A stretch of DNA of 64,000 nucleotides from Chiloscyllium plagiosum (Eukaryota). The DNA is taken from positions 94,198,659 through 94,262,658 of the forward strand of contig NC_057719.1 in the NCBI RefSeq assembly GCF_004010195.1. The letters are read 5' to 3'. Every line of letters begins with the position of its first letter. Positions within the stretch are counted from its first letter, which is position 1. The position numbers and the translations under genes were made by a program. The notes beneath the pieces were generated by a model. It had not been told where the DNA came from and made no database searches. It saw only the letters and a list, made by a program, of their open reading frames with translations. This document shows positions 49,826 to 62,382 of the stretch, piece by piece.

Positions 49826-50179
49826 AAGAATTAAAAGGTAAAACAATTACAATTAATTGCATATCATCTGTATACACAGAAGAGTTACCAGCAGCCTCTC
49901 AAAGCCAGGAATGAAGGTGTACCATCACAAATAGAGACAGATTTTGGGAGAAAAGATGAGATGTATTGCCATTTACTCCCTTGAGTTTCCCCAAATAAAT
50001 CCTTTGGATTTAGTCTGTTTGAATTGGTTTATGATTCTGAGATCAGAGGTCTATTAAAATTGATTAGGGAGACCTTCTTGAGTCAAACAGCCAAATCATC
50101 GATGTCAGAGACCGTGTCTGAATCCACATAAATGACCCTGCCTGTGGCTTTTTCCCATCCTGTCAAAACAAGCAACTCA

Positions 50180-50730
50180 TAGAATCCCGACAGAGCTGAC
50201 AAAATGCCATTCGGTCAACCGAGTTCACACCAACCCTCTGAGGAGCATCTCACCCAGACCCACTCCCCTAACCCTGTAACCCTGCATTTCCCATGGCCAA
50301 TCCACCCTAACCTGCACATCCCTGGGCACTATGGGTAATTTAGCATGGCCAATCCACCCTAACCTGCACATCTCTGGGCACTATGGGTAATTTAGCATGG
50401 CCAATCCACCCTAACCTGCACATCCCTGGGCACTATGGGTAATTTAGCAGGGCCAATCCACCCTAACCTACACATCCCTGAACACTATGGGGTAATTTAG
50501 CATGGCCAATCCACCCTAACCTACACATCCCTGGACACTATGGGACAATTTAGCATGGCCAATTCACCCTAACCTGCACATCCCTGGGCACTATGGGACA
50601 ATTTGACATGGCCAATCCACCCTAACCTACACATCCCTGGACACTATGGGACAATTTAGCATGGCCAATCCACCCTAACCTGCACATCCCTGGACACTAT
50701 GGGACAATTTAGCATGGCCAAACCACCCTA
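50180..50730 (-). repeat. HE1-like SINE with ~53-bp internal tandem array
   Basis: ~8 units, reverse complement of GATGTGCAGGTTAGGGTGGATTGGCCATGCTAAATT..CATAGTGCCCAGG. Confidence 0.9.
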
Positions 50731-51299
50731 NNNNNNNNNNNNNNNNNNNNNNNNNNNNNNNNNNNNNNNNNNNNNNNNNNNNNNNNNNNNNNNNNNNNNN
50801 NNNNNNNNNNNNNNNNNNNNNNNNNNNNNNNNNNNNNNNNNNNNNNNNNNNNNNNNNNNNNNNNNNNNNNNNNNNNNNNNNNNNNNNNNNNNNNNNNNNN
50901 NNNNNNNNNNNNNNNNNNNNNNNNNNNNNNNNNNNNNNNNNNNNNNNNNNNNNNNNNNNNNNNNNNNNNNNNNNNNNNNNNNNNNNNNNNNNNNNNNNNN
51001 NNNNNNNNNNNNNNNNNNNNNNNNNNNNNNNNNNNNNNNNNNNNNNNNNNNNNNNNNNNNNNNNNNNNNNNNNNNNNNNNNNNNNNNNNNNNNNNNNNNN
51101 NNNNNNNNNNNNNNNNNNNNNNNNNNNNNNNNNNNNNNNNNNNNNNNNNNNNNNNNNNNNNNNNNNNNNNNNNNNNNNNNNNNNNNNNNNNNNNNNNNNN
51201 NNNNNNNNNNNNNNNNNNNNNNNNNNNNNNTTAATCAGTAAGAGGATCAAGGGGTTGGAGCATAAGGCAGAAACGTAAAGTTGAGATTCAACAGATCAC

Positions 51300-51880
51300 A
51301 ATGGCACAGTGGCTAGCACTGCCTCAAGGCGCCACGGACCCCAGATTCAATTCCAGCTTCGGGGTGACTGTCTGTGTGGAGTTTGTACATTCTCCCTGTG
51401 TCTGCGTTTCCTCTGGGTTCTCCGGTTTCCTCCCACAGTCCAGAGATGTGCAGGTTAGGGTGGATTGGCCAAAGTAAATTGTCCCATAGTGCCCAGGGAG
51501 GTGCAGGTTAGGATGGATTAGCCAAAGGAAATTGTCCCATAGTGCCCAGGGATGTGCAGGTTAGGGTGGATTGGCCGTGCTAAATTGTCCCATAGTGCAC
51601 AGGGATGTACAGGTTAGGGTGAATTGGCCGTGCTAAATTGTCCCATAGTGCCCGGGGATGTGCAGTTTATGGTGGATTGGCCATGCTAAATTGTCCCATA
51701 GTGCCCAGGGATGTGCAGGTTAGGGTGGATGGGCCATGCTAAATTGTCCCATAGTGCCCAGGGATGTGCAGGTTAGGGCGGATTGGCCACGGGAAATGTG
51801 GGGTTACAGGAATAGATTGAGGATGCTCTTTGAAGATTGATATGGGCTGAATGGTTTGCTTCCATACTGTAGGGAATCTG
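51300..51880 (+). mobile_element. HE1-like SINE with 53-bp internal array (~6.5 units)
   Basis: Head, central domain, array 51445-51795, tail. Confidence 0.9.
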
Positions 51881-52099
51881 TGACTGAACAAAATGATTAG
51901 CCATTCAATGGCAGAGTAGACTTATTGGGACTGAGTGACCACTTCTGCCCCAGTTTCATATCGCCCTGTGCTTTGCTGCTGTTTTAATTGGATTTTCCAC
52001 ACTTCAGTGGAATATTCCTGCACACTCACGTTTGGAATGGTGAAGTAATTTAAATCTGCTTCGCGTGATGGGGTGCCTGAATTTAACAGCACCCAATCT

Positions 52100-53390
52100 T
52101 GGATCACGTTGAGGTTGTACAGGACGTTGGTGAGGCCCCTTCTGGAATACTGAGTCCAGTTCTGGTCACCCTGTTATAGGAAGGATTTCATTAAACTGGA
52201 GAGGGTTCAGAAGAGGTTTACCGGGATGTTGGGAGGGTTTGAGGTATACAGAAAGGCTGGATAGGCTGGGACTTTTTTCACTGGAGCGTAGGAGGTTGAG
52301 GGGTGACTTAATAGAGGTTTATAAAATTGTGAGGGGTTTAGATAAGGTGAATGATGAAGGTGTTTCTGTAAGGTTGGCGAGTCTAAGACAAGAAGGCACA
52401 TTTTTAATAAGCTGAGAGGGAGAGAGGTTTTAAAAAGTCACAAGGGGCAATTTCCTTTTAAACACGCAACGGTCTGTATGTGGAATGAGCTTCCTGAGGA
52501 AGTGGGGGGGGGGGGGGGGTGTGGGGACAGTTACAACGTTTAAAAGACATTTGGATAAGGATATGAACAAGAAAGGGTTGGAGGGAGATGGGCCAGGAGC
52601 AGGCAGGTGTGGGACTAGTTTAGTTTGGGGTTAAGGATTGGTCGGGCCGAAGGGTCTGTTTCAGTGCTGTCAGACTCTATGGACCATGAAAATAACGTTT
52701 AAATGGAGAAAGACTGCAGAAAGCTACAGAAGGTGATTTGGGAATCCTCGTCCATGAATAATGGCATCCGCGTTCAGCGGGGACTAGAGAGAGCAAATGG
52801 AATGTTGGCCTTTTTCTCTCTCTATGGGAATGGAGCCTGAAGGTCTGGCAGAGTTTGCTAAAATGGTACAAAGCAGTAATCAGATCACAGCTGGAATACT
52901 GCGAACGGTTCAGGGCCCCATTCCCGAAGGAAAGATATCCAGGGACTGAAGGTAAATCCAGAGAAGTTTCACTGATCTGATGAGGAGACCTTGAAGAGGT
53001 TGGGCCTGTACTCATTGGCATTGAGAAGAACTAGAGGTGACCTTTTTGAAATACGGGGGCTTTGAGACGAGAGGTTGTTTCCCCTTTGCGGGAGAGTCTG
53101 GGACGAGGGGAATCATCTCAGACTAAGGGGTCGAGCATTTTGGACAGAGATGTGGAGCGTTCTGTCCTCTCCGAGGGGAGACTGAATCTTCGGAATCCTT
53201 TACCGCAGAGGGCTGACGAGGATGAGGCATTGAATATATCCGAGGCTGAGACCGGGAGATCGTTCACCAGAAAAGGAAATGACGGGTGAGAGGGAAAAGG
53301 CAGGAAAGTGGAGTTCAGGAGGACCAGGTCAGCCACCATCACACGGAATAGGAGAGCAGACTTGATGGGCTGAATAGCCTACCGCATCTT
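52100..53390 (+). mobile_element. CR1 3' fragment (52100-52682) and older CR1 fragment (52690-53390)
   Basis: LYRTLVRPLLEY..; LYSLA..RRTRGDLFE. Confidence 0.8.
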
Positions 53391-53592
53391 TCTCTTCCCT
53401 TTCATTAACATGTTTTCCAACCCATGCTTAGTGGCACCACAGCTTTTGAAAGTTGCGCGTCGGTGTTAAGTGTTGCCTGTGCGGTTTTATTTTGGGTTTC
53501 ACTGTCGTGACCAATCAGCTGTTGTCTGTTTCCCCTCAACGTCCCCTTTGGGACAGGCCTTGTGGAGTCGGTGCTGATAAGACACACCGAGA

Positions 53593-54000
53593 GACCCTCC
53601 GACAGTGCGGCCCTCCCTCAGCACTGACCCTCCGACAGTGCGGCTCTCCCTCAGCACTGACCCTCCGATAGTGCGGCTCTCCCTCAGCACTGCCCCTCCG
53701 ACAGTGCGGCTCTCCCTCAGCACTGACCCTCCGATAGTGCAGCTCTCCCTCAGCACTGCCCCTCCAACAGTGCAGTGCTCCCTCAGCACTGACCCTCTGA
53801 CAGCGAGGCACTGACCCTCCGACAGTGCGGCACTCCCTCAGCACTGACCCTCCGACAGTGAAATGCTCCCTCAGCACTGACCCTCCAACAGTGCCCCGTT
53901 TCCACAGCACTGACCCACCAACAGTGCGGCACTCCCGCAGCACTGACACTCCGACAGTGCGGCACTCCCTCAGCACTGACCCTCCGACAGTGCAGTGCTC
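53593..54000 (-). repeat. 33-bp minisatellite
   Basis: Reverse-complement units. Confidence 0.9.
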
Positions 54001-54633
54001 TCCCTGTCTGTCACTGCAGGAGACCAGCCTTCATTATGAACTAATGCCTGTCTGAATTCGTGTGTAGGTTGCTGCTGCAGAAGGTATTGATCCTGATCCT
54101 GAGTCTGCTTTTAGGTTTTATCCAGGGATTTCTGAAACTCTCTCAGCAGCCTTGGCCCATTTGTGTTCTGCAGACATCCCTTGTAAAGCCAGAGGTGCAG
54201 AAAGGCACTTTTAATCACCGATTGGAGTTGTCTTGTCACCTGGAGGAGATGATGTTTCTGGATCCACATCTCTGACTGTCAATGAAGCATCAAATCGGTT
54301 ATGTCAAATAACCAAACCTGAATCGTGCAGAGTTAGCTGGAGTCGCAGATGGACCAGTGGTCCCTTGACAAGAGCTTTGCTAAACTGCAGTGACAGGCTG
54401 TGTCTGTCAGCAGCTGCCCCGGTTCAAACGCACCATCGCTTGTGTTCTGAACAGGCAGACTAAATTATTTAATGCATCCTCACTCACAGCCTGGAGTCCC
54501 ACAGGCTACACTGAGGCACTGGGACTGGGAGGCAGACAGCAGGTAAACGTGAGCTGTTGGTTTTAAAGAGTGCTGTGTCCCACATTACAGCACCCCCCTC
54601 CCCCACACCCTGTGGGAGTGAGTCCCACATTCC

Positions 54634-54975
54634 CCCTGTGCTATCCCTGTCCTGGGAGTGTTTGATGGGGGGACAGTGTAGAGGGAGCTTTACTCTGTAT
54701 CTAACCCCATTCTGTCCCTGTCCTGGGAGTGTTTGATGGGGGCACAATGTAGAGGGCGCTTTACTCTGTATCTAACCCCGTGCTGTCCCTGTCCTGGGAG
54801 TGTTTGATGAGGGACAGTGTAGAGGGAGCTTTATTCTGTATCTATCTGTGCTGTCCCTGTCCTGGGGGTGTTTGATGAGGGACAGTGTAGAGGGAGCTTT
54901 ACTCTGTATCTATCTGTGTTGTCCCTGTCCTGGGAGTGTTTGATGAGGGACAGTGTAGAGGGACTCTGTATGTAA
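54634..54975 (+). repeat. ~67-71-bp tandem repeat, diverged units
   Basis: Same family as 43338-44113. Confidence 0.9.
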
Positions 54976-55419
54976 CTCCGCGCTGCGCATCACTGTGGCT
55001 GTGGGAGCAGAACAGTGTTCCCTTCATGCCGATGGAGTCCTGTGCTTTGCCACAGTATTGTTCGGCTAATTCCGGTGTGTGTAGGGCTGGATGTGAGCTG
55101 AATGTGCCCTGTGCTGAATGACTGACAGAATTGTCGCGCGCACTTTCTAAACAAACCAGCGACAGTGCTGAAGCCCTGAGCTCCCTGTGCTGCAGGTCGA
55201 GGTGATTGAATGGAGTTAGCATCCTTGCTGGTTTTACATTCTCAGGAACAGGGCTGTTTCTGCCACTTTGCTGTTCTAATATTTACCTTCAGGATGTCTA
55301 CAGAGTTCAGATCAATAACTGAGCTGGGTTCCCACTGGCGCTAACAGCATGGCATCTATTCAACCAGCTACCCACATCCAACAGAGTGATTTCTCATTGA
55401 AAAGCTCACCACACACAGG

Positions 55420-55645
55420 CAGAGAGAGAGAGAGGGGGACAACAATGGGGTCACAGAGAGAGAGAGGGTCAACAATGGGGTCACAGAGAGAGAGAGAGGG
55501 ACAACAATGGGGTCACAGAGAGAGAGAGAGCACCTCACATTTATCTAAGTTAAACATTTATCTAAGTTAATGCAGCACCTCACATTTATCTAAGTTAAAC
55601 ATTTATCTAAGTTAATGCAGCACCTCACATTTATCTAAGTTAAAC
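55420..55645. repeat. Short tandem duplications: ~32-bp (ACAATGGGGTCACAGAGAG) x3 and 45-bp (AGCACCTCACATTTATCTAAG..) x2.5
   Basis: 45-bp units at 55529, 55574, 55619. Confidence 0.85.
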
Positions 55646-56222
55646 TCCATCTGCCACTCTTCAAACCATTGGCCCATCTGATCAAGATTCCGTTGTACTT
55701 GGAGGTAACATTTTTTTGCTGTCCACTACACTTCCAATATTGGTGTTATCTGCAAATTTACTAACTATACCTCCTATGTTCATGGAGATGTATAGCATGG
55801 AAACAGACCTTTTGGTTCAACTCATCCATGCCAACCAGATATCCCAAATTAATCTCATCCCATTTGCCAGCATTTGGCCCATATCACTCTAACCCTTTCC
55901 TCATCATGTACCCATCTAGATGCCTTTTAAATGTTGTTATTGTATGAGCTTCCAACACCTCCTCTGGCAGCTCGTTCAATACACACATCACCCTCTGTAT
56001 GAAAACATTGCCCCTTAGGTCCCTTTTATATATTTCCCCACTCACCTTAAACCTACACCCTCTAGTTTTGAGCTCCCCTACACTGAGAAAAAGACCTTGG
56101 CTATTCACTCTATCCATGCCCCTCATGATTTTATAAACCTCTAGAAGGTCACTCATCAGCCTCTGATGCTCCAGGAAATATAGCCCCAGCCTATTCAGCT
56201 TCTCCTGATAGCTCAAACCCTC
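55620..56222 (-). mobile_element. CR1 fragments
   Basis: EGLSYQEKLNRLGLY..DLLEVYKIMRG. Confidence 0.85.
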
Positions 56223-57775
56223 AGTTAATGGGAGCTTGCTGTACTCAAATTGGCTGCTGCCATAGCAGTGAAAATAATTGAAAAGTACTTCATTGGCTGT
56301 GATCTCCTTTGGGGTGTCCAGAGGCCAGAGAAACAACTTCAAATCACCAGGTTGGACTCAGGCAGATACAATTCAAAATCCATTCCTGTTGAGCTCGATG
56401 TGTTGTCCCCTCCACTGCCATCTTCTACAGAAAACCCTCATTCAGACTGATGCTGAGATCCATCCTTCCTCAACACCCAAAGCATTGACTCAGTTTCACA
56501 TCCCACTGGCCATCCTCCACTACATTGAGCCATTCTTCATGCCTAAGCCTTAGTGCTGTGTTAGAGACTACTCAACCACATTGGGCATCACAAGAAAGCC
56601 CCAAACTCTGATTCACGGGTGTAAATGTTTTTAGATCTGTGCTTCCCTGTTCCAGGAAAGGAGGGGTGGCACTGTCACTGGAGGATGGGAGCAGGGAGAC
56701 AAATTGTGCCATAGTGTTAGGTGCAGTAGTCAGGGGCAAATATAGGATAGGGGAATGGGTCTGGGTGGGTTGCTCTTCGGGGGGTCAGTATGGATCAGTT
56801 GGGCCAAAGGGCCTTTTCCCACTCTGTAGCGATTCTAATCGAAAAATGTCTTCCATCATGAGAGTGGGGAGTCTCTGAGATCCTCTACCACAGAAAGCAG
56901 TTGAGGCCAAAGTAATGGAATGAGTTTGATGTCAGACTTGGAGCTAAAGAGAGATGGAAGGATGTTGAGGCTAAACAGGAAGAGCCGACTGAGTTGGATG
57001 GTCACCCATGGTCACGAAGAATTATGGAGCATGCTCAAAATGGCCGAGGGGCTGACTCCAACTTTGTAATTTTTCTGTCTCTCTCCCTGTCTGTACCTCG
57101 CATTCTATCCACTGCAGGGCCCAAACCTCTGGGTCAACACTGTGCCAGCCTCCCAGATGCCACGGATACTGCTGTGTAACACTTGCTGTCCCACTCTCCG
57201 CTGTGGTAGCCAATTTGATGCTGTAAACTCCTTGCTCAGTCATTGTTAGCTCTCAACTCTGGAGAGGCCAGTCAAAATCCCCGATCGTTTACAGAAACAA
57301 TGAGAGTTCTGTCTCATGACAGCGCCATGAGTCAATATTGTTAAAAATGCATCCCCACAGTTAACACAGACTTAACTCGATGTCATAATCTTTATTTTTT
57401 AAATGATAAACTTGTCAGGAGTGAATACTCTGGAGGACACAGATGAAGTGTGAGCATCGGTTAATCACCTGATTTGTCAGTGAACTGACTGCACCTCTCA
57501 ACAGCAAGTTTGATTCACACCAACCTCTTTGCCTTTTAATTATTAATTTGCTTCTTAAAAAGACTTGTGAATGACTCACTGCAGCTTGGTTTGTTTGGGT
57601 GTATGTGTGTATCATATCATTGGCTGCTCCTGTACAGTACAAACAGCAGAGTAAAGCAAATGATTCATTCCTGTCTGGCACTGCACTGTAACTTCAGAGG
57701 GATTAGTAAACACAGCCACTAGGGAAGGGAGAAGGCCACTCAGTGCATCGGGCTTGAGCCAACAATCAATGATTT

Positions 57776-58281
57776 CAGCACTGACCCTCCGACAGTGCGG
57801 CGCTCCCTCAGCACTGACCCTCCGACAGTGCGGCACTCCCTCAGCACTGACCCTCCGACAGTGCAGCGCTCCCTCAGCACTGAACGTCTGACAGTGTAGC
57901 ACTCCCTCAGCACTGACTCTCCGACAGATTGGCACTCCCTCAGCACTGACCCTCCAACAGTGTGGCACTCCCTCAGCACTGACCCTCTCACAGTGCGGCA
58001 CTCACTGAGCACTGACCCTCCGACAGTGCGGCGCTCCCTCAGCACCTCCGACCGTGCAGCACTCCCTCAGCACTGAACGTCTGACAGTGCGACACTCCCT
58101 CAGCACTGACCCTCTGACAGTGCGGCGCTCCCTCAGCACTGACCCTCTGACAGTGCAGCACTCCCTCAGCACTGACCCTCCGACAGGGCGGCACCCCCCC
58201 AGCAATGACCCTCCAACAGTGCGATGCTCCCTCAGCACTGACCATCCGACAGTGCAGCACTCCCTCAGCACTGACCCTCCG
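57776..58281 (-). repeat. 33-bp minisatellite
   Basis: ~15 reverse-complement units. Confidence 0.9.
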
Positions 58282-58822
58282 TGAATCCTAGAATCCTCTC
58301 ACACAGCCACAGGAGGCTAATCTAGAGGACCGTTCATGATATGTAAATAACCGACCTGCCTCGATGGTAGGTTGTGAAGCAGTCTAAGAGCTGTTCTGCT
58401 CCCTGTGGACCCACAGGGTTAGAGGAGACAGAAATACAAAGAGCCTTATGAAGTCCCGAGGTCCCACTCAGAGGTGTATGAGCACGTAATCATTCTGTGC
58501 GATGCATTATTCAACGGCAGGGACAGCAGCACCAGATACTGAGCCTGTTAAAGCAAGGAATATTATTGCTGAACACGGGTTTAATGGGATGTTACCTTGG
58601 ATATATTAATTGGAGTACAAACACCCTTCCTAGTGCTTAATGAATGGTGTTCACTCAGGCTGCATCAGTTACAAGTAATGGGCATGTGGTACAGCCTGGG
58701 AGCTCAGAGACGTGGATGGCTAACAAGCTTTTTGGCTCATCTTTATTCTCAGTTAGTATCAGGATCGAGGTGTGGAGCTCCACATTTAATAAAGCAAACT
58801 CAACCTCCGTGATTTAGTTTCA

Positions 58823-59115
58823 GTGTCAGTGCTAAGGGAGTGCCACACTGTCGGAGGGTCAGTGCTGAGAGAGCGCCGCACTGTCGGAGGGTCAGTGCTG
58901 AGGGAGTGCCGCACTGTCGGAGGGTCAGTGCTGAGGGAGTGCCGCACTGTCGGAGGGTCAGTGCTGAGCGAGTGCCGCACTGTTGGAGGGTCAGTGCTGA
59001 GGGAGGGCCGCACTGTCAGAGTCAGTACTGAGGGAGCACTGCACTGTCAGAGTCAGTACTGAGGGAGCACTGCACTGTCAGAGTCAGTACTGTGGGAGTG
59101 TTGCACTGTTGGAAA
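58823..59115 (+). repeat. 33-bp minisatellite
   Basis: ~9 units; 3' units read CAGTACTGAGGGAG. Confidence 0.9.
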
Positions 59116-59196
59116 GTGTGGTACTCCCTCAGTACTGGCCCTCCCTGATGGAAAGCGAGCACATTGGTAACACTCCCTAGCTCCAGTCTGGACACC

Positions 59197-59660
59197 TTGG
59201 CTCAGTAGTTAGCACTGCTGTCTCACAGCACCAGGGACTCAGGTTGGATTCCTGCCTTGAGTGATTGTCTGTGTGGAGTTTGCACATTCTCCCCGTGTCT
59301 GCGTGGGTTTCCTCCAAGTGCTCCGGTTTCCTCCCACAGTCCAAAGATGTGCAGGTTATGGTGGATTGGCCATGCTAAATTGTCCCATAGTGCCCAGGGA
59401 TCTGCAGGTTAGGGTGGATTGGCCATGCTGAATTGTCCCATAGTGTCCTGGATGTGCAGTTTAGGGTGGATTGGCCATGCTAAATTGTCCCATAGTGCCC
59501 AGGGATGTGTAGGTTAGGGGGAATTGGCCATGTTAAATTACCCTAAAGAGTCCAGAGATGTGCAGGTTAGGGTGGATTGGCCATGGGAAATGCAGGGATA
59601 AGTAGGGTGGGTTTCTCTTTGGAGGGTCGGTGTGGATTCGATTGGCCAAATGTCAGGATT
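59197..59660 (+). mobile_element. HE1-like SINE with 53-bp internal array
   Basis: Head, ~4.5 units, tail. Confidence 0.88.
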
Positions 59661-59894
59661 CTGTCTCCTTGACAACGTTTCGCCAGATTCTAACGTCCCA
59701 GACCATTCCAGAGTCTGTGCCTCACTTTTCCGGAACTTGTCTCCTGCCTTAAAACTGTATCGGATATTAAAATCTTGTGACATAAAACTGAGAACAATAT
59801 CAGTGAGAGTTCTGGTAAAAAAAAATCTTATTTTCAGAGAGAATTCTGCGGTTTGCAGAGGGATTTGAGATATCGATCTGCATTAAAAGTGATA

Positions 59895-60115
59895 TTTACA
59901 CAGAGGGTGGTTCGCATATGGAGTCAACATCCTCAGGAAGTAGGGGAATTGGGCACAGTTACAGACATTTGGATAAGGACATGAACAGGAATGGTTTGGA
60001 GGGATGTGGGCAAGGAGCAGGCAGTTGGGGCTAGTTTAATTTGGGATTATGTACAGCATGGACTTGATTTTCCGAAGGGTCTGTTTCCATGCTGTAGGAA
60101 TCTATGAGTATGACT
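59895..60115 (+). mobile_element. CR1 3' end
   Basis: ACACAGAGGGTGG..CCGAAGGGTCTGTTTCCATGCTGTA. Confidence 0.8.
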
Positions 60116-60339
60116 AAACTATTATAGAATCCAGCGAGATATCATCACCCCAGTTAAAGGCAGCGTTGTTATTGATGTCGAACATCCACTGTCTCCCTCC
60201 CATGATAGAGGAGCTATGGTTTATTTTCCACACTTGATGTATCTGATTTGAACTCAAAGGCTACCTGCCAGTTCATGAACAAACACCCTTCCACTTGTTG
60301 AGTGATACGGGTAACCCCACCCCCACAACCCGAAAGCAG

Positions 60340-60541
60340 AGCATTCTTGCAAAACCGTTTGTGAACCAAAATAGTGGAAAATCAAGCAGCATTCACTTAT
60401 ATGGAAAAAAATCGCCTTTTTTCGTAAAAGTGAAAATCCTGTTTGGATTTCTTTCAGTTAGCGAAAACAGGTACTTACGTAGGTCTTTCGTAAAAGCCAA
60501 TTTGCATAAAGCGAACATTCGAAAAGAAGGGGATACCTGTA
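60340..60541. mobile_element. pogo/Tigger-like transposon end
   Basis: Ends GGGGATACCTG-TA with repeated TTCGTAAAAG subterminal motifs. Confidence 0.5.
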
Positions 60542-60565
60542 TCAGCAATGCTTGTTCAATACTTA

Positions 60566-60968
60566 GAGTCATAGAGTCACAGAGATGTACAGCACGGAAA
60601 CAGACCCTTCGGTCCAACCCGTCCATGCTGACCCAGATATCCCAACCCAATCTAGTCCCACCTGCCAGCACCCGGCCCATATCCCTCCAAACCCTTCCTA
60701 TTCATATACCCATCCAGATGCCTTTTAAATGTTGTAATTGTACCAGCCTCCCTCTCCCTATAGCTCAAATCCTTCAACCCTGGCAATATCATTGTCAGTC
60801 TTTTCTGAACCCTTTCAAGTTTCACAACATCTTTCAGATAGGAAGGAGACCAGAATTGCACGCAATATTCCAACAGTGGCCTAACCAATGTCCTGTACAG
60901 CCGCAACATGACCTCCCAACTCCTGTACTCAATACTCTGACCAATAAAGGAAAGCATACCAAACGCCT
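60566..60968 (-). mobile_element. CR1 3' fragment with internal deletion
   Basis: [19 protein letters not shown] fused directly to AGTITTFKRHLD. Confidence 0.88.
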
Positions 60969-61189
60969 ACCTAACTGTTTAAACCTGAATTGTCGAGTTT
61001 AGTTTGACTCGTTGAGTTAACAGCCTTGTTTGTTTCCATTGTGGTACTTAAGATGGGACCTCTACACTGACTAACCAGTGATTCTAGACTCAACCTATCT
61101 GTTACCTTTCTGAACATTGCTTTGCATTAACCCCTGTGTGAAAAGATGGCTGAGAGGTCCATGTAGTCTCCCAGCACAGAAAGAGCCCA

Positions 61190-61540
61190 TCATTGAATTG
61201 AATGGAATTGAGTTTATTGTCCCGTGTACCGAGGTACAGTGAAACGCTTTTTCTTGTGAGCATTACAGGCAGATCACAGAGTTAAGTAGCACAGATAAGT
61301 AAATATTAGGTAAACAGCAGCAAAAACACACACACAGGTACAGGTGAATGTTAAGAGTTTCCGAGTCCATTCAGTATTCTAACAACAGGAGGGTAGAAAC
61401 TGTTTTGAAACCGGCTGGTGCGTGTGTTCAAGCTTCTGTACCTTCTCCCCGATGGTAGAGGTTGTAGAAAAACATTGCCAGGGTGGGATGGAGCTTTGAG
61501 AATGCTGGCGGCCTTTCCTTGACACAGGGCCTGGTAGAGG
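61190..61540 (-). mobile_element. Rex1/Babar-like 3' fragment
   Basis: KAASILKAPSHPG..PLPSGRRYRSL.TRTSRFQNSFYP. Confidence 0.8.
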
Positions 61541-62354
61541 GATGCTATTCCAGAACCATTCTCCAACTCCCATCCTGCAGTGTCAAGTGCCCATCTCTGT
61601 ATTTATTTGACGTTGAGAGGTTCCCATCCCCTCCCCTCCCTCCCCTTTCAGATGACGACTTCCAGAAAAAGAGGTGCTTCTTTGTCCGATGAAATCACGG
61701 CTGACCCTGATTATCCTCAGTTCCACTTGGTTCCCCCTCACTGATTAAAAATCTCTCCACCTCAGTCTCGAATGTGCTCAATGACCCAGCCTTGACAGCC
61801 CCCTGAAGTTAAGGATTCTGCAGGTTCGGTCCCCTCAGAGGGAAAAAATTCTTCGTTCTCTCTGTCTTAAATGTGTGACCCCTTATTCTGAGATGGTACC
61901 CTCTAGTCCCCCACATGGGGAAAAACACCCTCTCCACATCTACCCTGTCAATTTGCCCTGAGAATCCTGTATGTTTTCAAAAAGTCGCCTCTTATTTTTC
62001 TGAATTCTCATGACCACAGGCCCGACCATGGAGTCCAGCATTTTAATTCCTCATTCCTAAAGTTGTTATCTTACTCAATTACCAAGCCTGCTACCCTGTA
62101 TCTGAGCTGCAATCTTTCATGATGACAGATGCTCGCAAAATCTAAATCCTTTGGCCCTTTGCTATCATGGAGTCATCCAGTCACACAGCGGGGAAACGGA
62201 CCGAGAGGACTGTGGACACTGTAAATCAGAAACTAAAACAGAAATTGCTGGAAAAGCTCAGTGGGTCAGGCAGCACCTGTGGAGAGAAAGAGCTTAAAAA
62301 TGTGTTGCTGAAAAAGCGCAGCAGGTCAGGCAGCTTCCAAGGAGCTGGAGAATC

Positions 62355-62382
62355 GACGTTTCGGGCATAAGCCCTTCTTCAG
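62355..62382 (-). ncRNA. Minimal hammerhead ribozyme motif downstream of the GIY-YIG fragment
   Basis: Minus CTGAAGA-A-GGGC-TTAT-GCCC-GAAAC-GTC. Confidence 0.72.

Noticed and set aside
1583..51250. Long ORFs containing X runs, or HT/VC-rich ORFs
   Set aside because: Artefacts of N gaps and (CA)n/(TG)n tracts
36119..59115. 33-, 36-, 53- and 71-bp arrays as CRISPR arrays or repeat-protein genes (VGGSVLRECRT ORFs)
   Set aside because: Head-to-tail units without unique spacers, no cas genes, and a eukaryotic context; the ORFs arise because the unit length is a multiple of 3
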